Source: a virus (taxonomy: Duplodnaviria; Heunggongvirae; Uroviricota; Caudoviricetes). From it: a stretch of 18,673 nt of DNA. This document shows, piece by piece, positions 17,390 to 18,673 of this stretch; position 1 is the stretch's first letter; each line of letters opens with the position of its first letter. The stretch is from the IMG/VR virus record IMGVR_UViG_2617270979_000006; one strand, given 5' to 3'. The position numbers were made by a program, and so were the translations under genes. The notes beneath the pieces are model-generated. The model was given only the letters and a program-made list of their open reading frames with translations, made no database searches and had not been told where the DNA came from.

Positions 17390-18673
17390 ATGGATTTCCA
17401 GTTATATTCGCTCGGCGCAGCGTTAGTGTTTCATGAAATATTTTTTCCTGAATCATCAACGGCAATGGCGTTAATTTTGGCAATGGGAACCTACGGTGCA
17501 GGTTATGTGGCGCGTATTGTCGGAGCATTTATTTTCGGCAAAATGGGCGACAGAATAGGGCGTAAAAAAGTGCTCTTTATTACCATCACCATGATGGGGA
17601 TCTGTACCACCTTAATTGGTGTGTTACCGACCTATGCACAGATTGGTGTTTTTGCCCCCATCTTGCTGGTGACGCTGCGTATTATTCAGGGGTTGGGTGC
17701 AGGTGCGGAAATTTCCGGTGCCGGTACGATGCTGGCGGAATATGCACCAAAAGGTAAGCGCGGAATTATCTCCTCATTTGTAGCTATGGGAACTAACTGC
17801 GGAACCTTGAGCGCAACGGCAATCTGGGCCTTTATGTTCTTCATTCTCAGTAAAGAGGAACTGCTGGCGTGGGGATGGCGTATACCGTTCCTGGCGAGCG
17901 TTGTCGTGATGGTCTTTGCTATCTGGTTACGTATGAATCTGAAAGAAAGCCCGGTCTTTGAGAAGGTTAATGACAGCAACCAACCCACAGCAAAACCTGC
18001 ACCTGCTGGTAGCATGTTCCAGAGCAAATCCTTCTGGCTGGCAACAGGGCTGCGTTTTGGTCAGGCGGGTAACTCCGGGTTAATTCAGACTTTCCTTGCA
18101 GGCTATTTAGTGCAGACGTTATTGTTTAACAAAGCAATTCCAACAGATGCATTGATGATTAGTTCGATTCTCGGCTTTATGACCATTCCGTTCCTTGGTT
18201 GGTTATCCGATAAAATTGGTCGCCGGATCCCGTATATTATTATGAATACCTCCGCGATTGTGCTGGCATGGCCAATGCTTTCTATCATTGTAGATAAAAG
18301 CTATGCCCCGAGCACCATTATGGTTGCACTGATTGTGATTCATAACTGTGCGGTGCTGGGATTATTTGCTCTGGAAAACATTACCATGGCAGAAATGTTC
18401 GGCTGTAAAAACCGCTTTACCCGGATGGCTATTTCTAAAGAAATTGGTGGTCTTATCGCTTCCGGTTTTGGTCCTATCCTGGCGGGTATTTTCTGCACCA
18501 TGACGGAATCCTGGTATCCGATCGCCATTATGATCATGGCATATTCAGTAATTGGTTTAATCTCTGCGCTGAAAATGCCAGAGGTGAAAGACCGTGATTT
18601 AAGTGCGCTGGAAGACGCTGCGGAAGATCAACCGCGTGTTGTAAGAGCTGCGCAACCTTCCAGAAGTCTGTAA
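17390..18673 (+). CDS. ydfJ: MFS metabolite:H+ symporter-family transporter YdfJ, N-terminally truncated at the prophage junction (427 aa)
   Basis: Typical MFS motifs (GKMGDRIGRKK, GWLSDKIGRRIPY). The ORF begins in the middle of what should be TM1 (aligns to the W-x-DF-x-LYG motif region of ShiA/KgtP-type symporters) and is bounded by an in-frame TGA at 17384-17386. Length matches E. coli K-12 YdfJ as recalled. Confidence 0.85.
   Translation: MDFQLYSLGAALVFHEIFFPESSTAMALILAMGTYGAGYVARIVGAFIFGKMGDRIGRKKVLFITITMMGICTTLIGVLPTYAQIGVFAPILLVTLRIIQGLGAGAEISGAGTMLAEYAPKGKRGIISSFVAMGTNCGTLSATAIWAFMFFILSKEELLAWGWRIPFLASVVVMVFAIWLRMNLKESPVFEKVNDSNQPTAKPAPAGSMFQSKSFWLATGLRFGQAGNSGLIQTFLAGYLVQTLLFNKAIPTDALMISSILGFMTIPFLGWLSDKIGRRIPYIIMNTSAIVLAWPMLSIIVDKSYAPSTIMVALIVIHNCAVLGLFALENITMAEMFGCKNRFTRMAISKEIGGLIASGFGPILAGIFCTMTESWYPIAIMIMAYSVIGLISALKMPEVKDRDLSALEDAAEDQPRVVRAAQPSRSL

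Noticed and set aside
17686-18537. Minus-strand ORFs inside ydfJ (17686..18027, 18103..18288, 18340..18537)
   Set aside because: Antisense to a clear MFS transporter gene.

Overview
The window reads as the late (right) arm of a decaying lambdoid prophage of the Qin/DLP12 type in an Escherichia-like genome, ending at the prophage-chromosome junction inside the MFS transporter gene ydfJ. All identities are from reading the translations and recalling protein families; no searches were run. Left to right: a leftward partial ORF (1-483); an AT-rich island carrying a leftward two-gene operon, an AbiH-family abortive-infection protein plus an uncharacterised 463-aa partner (904-3254), which is the best candidate for an undescribed anti-phage module; a Cys-rich small ORF (3358-3654); a mok/hok type I toxin locus (3813-4025); a small ORF, a DUF968 YdfU-like protein and a QuuD-like Q antiterminator (4484-6208) followed by a tR'-like terminator; three cargo genes between Q and the lysis cassette (Blc-like lipocalin, a TudS/DUF523-DUF1722 RudS-like protein, an AppY-like AraC regulator); a phage-21-type lysis cassette (pinholin, YdfR-like, SAR endolysin, Rz with embedded Rz1); a cold-shock module in which the cspI-like gene carries an in-frame amber codon and a zinc-ribbon ORF lacks a start; a Gns-family gene; a cos-like site; terminase small subunit; a terminase-large ORF whose C-terminus looks portal-like (possible in-frame deletion fusion); a head-protease stub; about 1.7 kb of AT-rich ORF-poor DNA; and the N-terminally truncated ydfJ. 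No tRNA, rRNA, CRISPR array or transposase was recognised.
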